A stretch of 64,000 nucleotides of DNA from Ramazzottius varieornatus (Eukaryota; Animalia; Tardigrada), in assembly GCA_001949185.1 (NCBI GenBank), contig BDGG01000008.1:310001-374000 (forward strand), read 5' to 3'. The position numbers were made by a program, and so were the translations under genes. The notes under the pieces were generated by a model. It was given only the letters and a program-made list of their open reading frames with translations, was not told the DNA's origin and made no database searches. This document shows, one piece after another, positions 63,978 through 64,000 of this stretch; position 1 is the first letter of the stretch; every line of letters begins with the position of its first letter.

Positions 63978-64000
63978 AAACAAATTTTACAGGAGCGTAT

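Noticed and set aside
1-64000. tRNA, rRNA or snRNA genes
   Set aside because: None recognised by eye; a tRNAscan/Infernal run would be needed to exclude them.

Overview
Gene-dense eukaryotic (invertebrate animal) genomic DNA with many short (~65-110 nt) GT-AG introns. The knirps-type nuclear receptor and gustatory receptors point to an ecdysozoan/panarthropod; a tardigrade-like compact genome is plausible but unproven. Recognisable genes in order: HSPBP1 (partial), two gustatory-receptor-like genes, a 4-TM protein, a PLAAT/LRAT-like enzyme, aprataxin, FAM210, GABA transaminase, RNF11, a knirps-family receptor, a BTB-BACK protein, an RRM+Tudor protein, a cappuccino-type formin, an ALIX-type Bro1 protein, a coiled-coil protein, a broken EGF-DOMON gene, a secreted Cys-hairpin/mucin protein, dynein intermediate chain DNAI1 and MFSD10. 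Mobile DNA comprises a defective intron-containing Tc1 element and several MITEs. The most striking observations are: (1) a hidden 10-exon gene at 17.4-18.8 kb in which six 3-12 nt phase-0 micro-exons spell out a KR-flanked, two-cysteine peptide inside a secreted prohormone-like precursor; (2) about 12 mostly intronic dyad elements TGGCGC-N29-GCGCCA whose spacer length is conserved while spacer sequence diverges; (3) an ALIX-derived Bro1-only protein ending in a CaaX box; (4) a 592-bp TIR element carrying an intact HTH-only ORF; (5) an internally inverted nahoda-like pseudogene. All family assignments come from motif recognition by eye, with no database searches.
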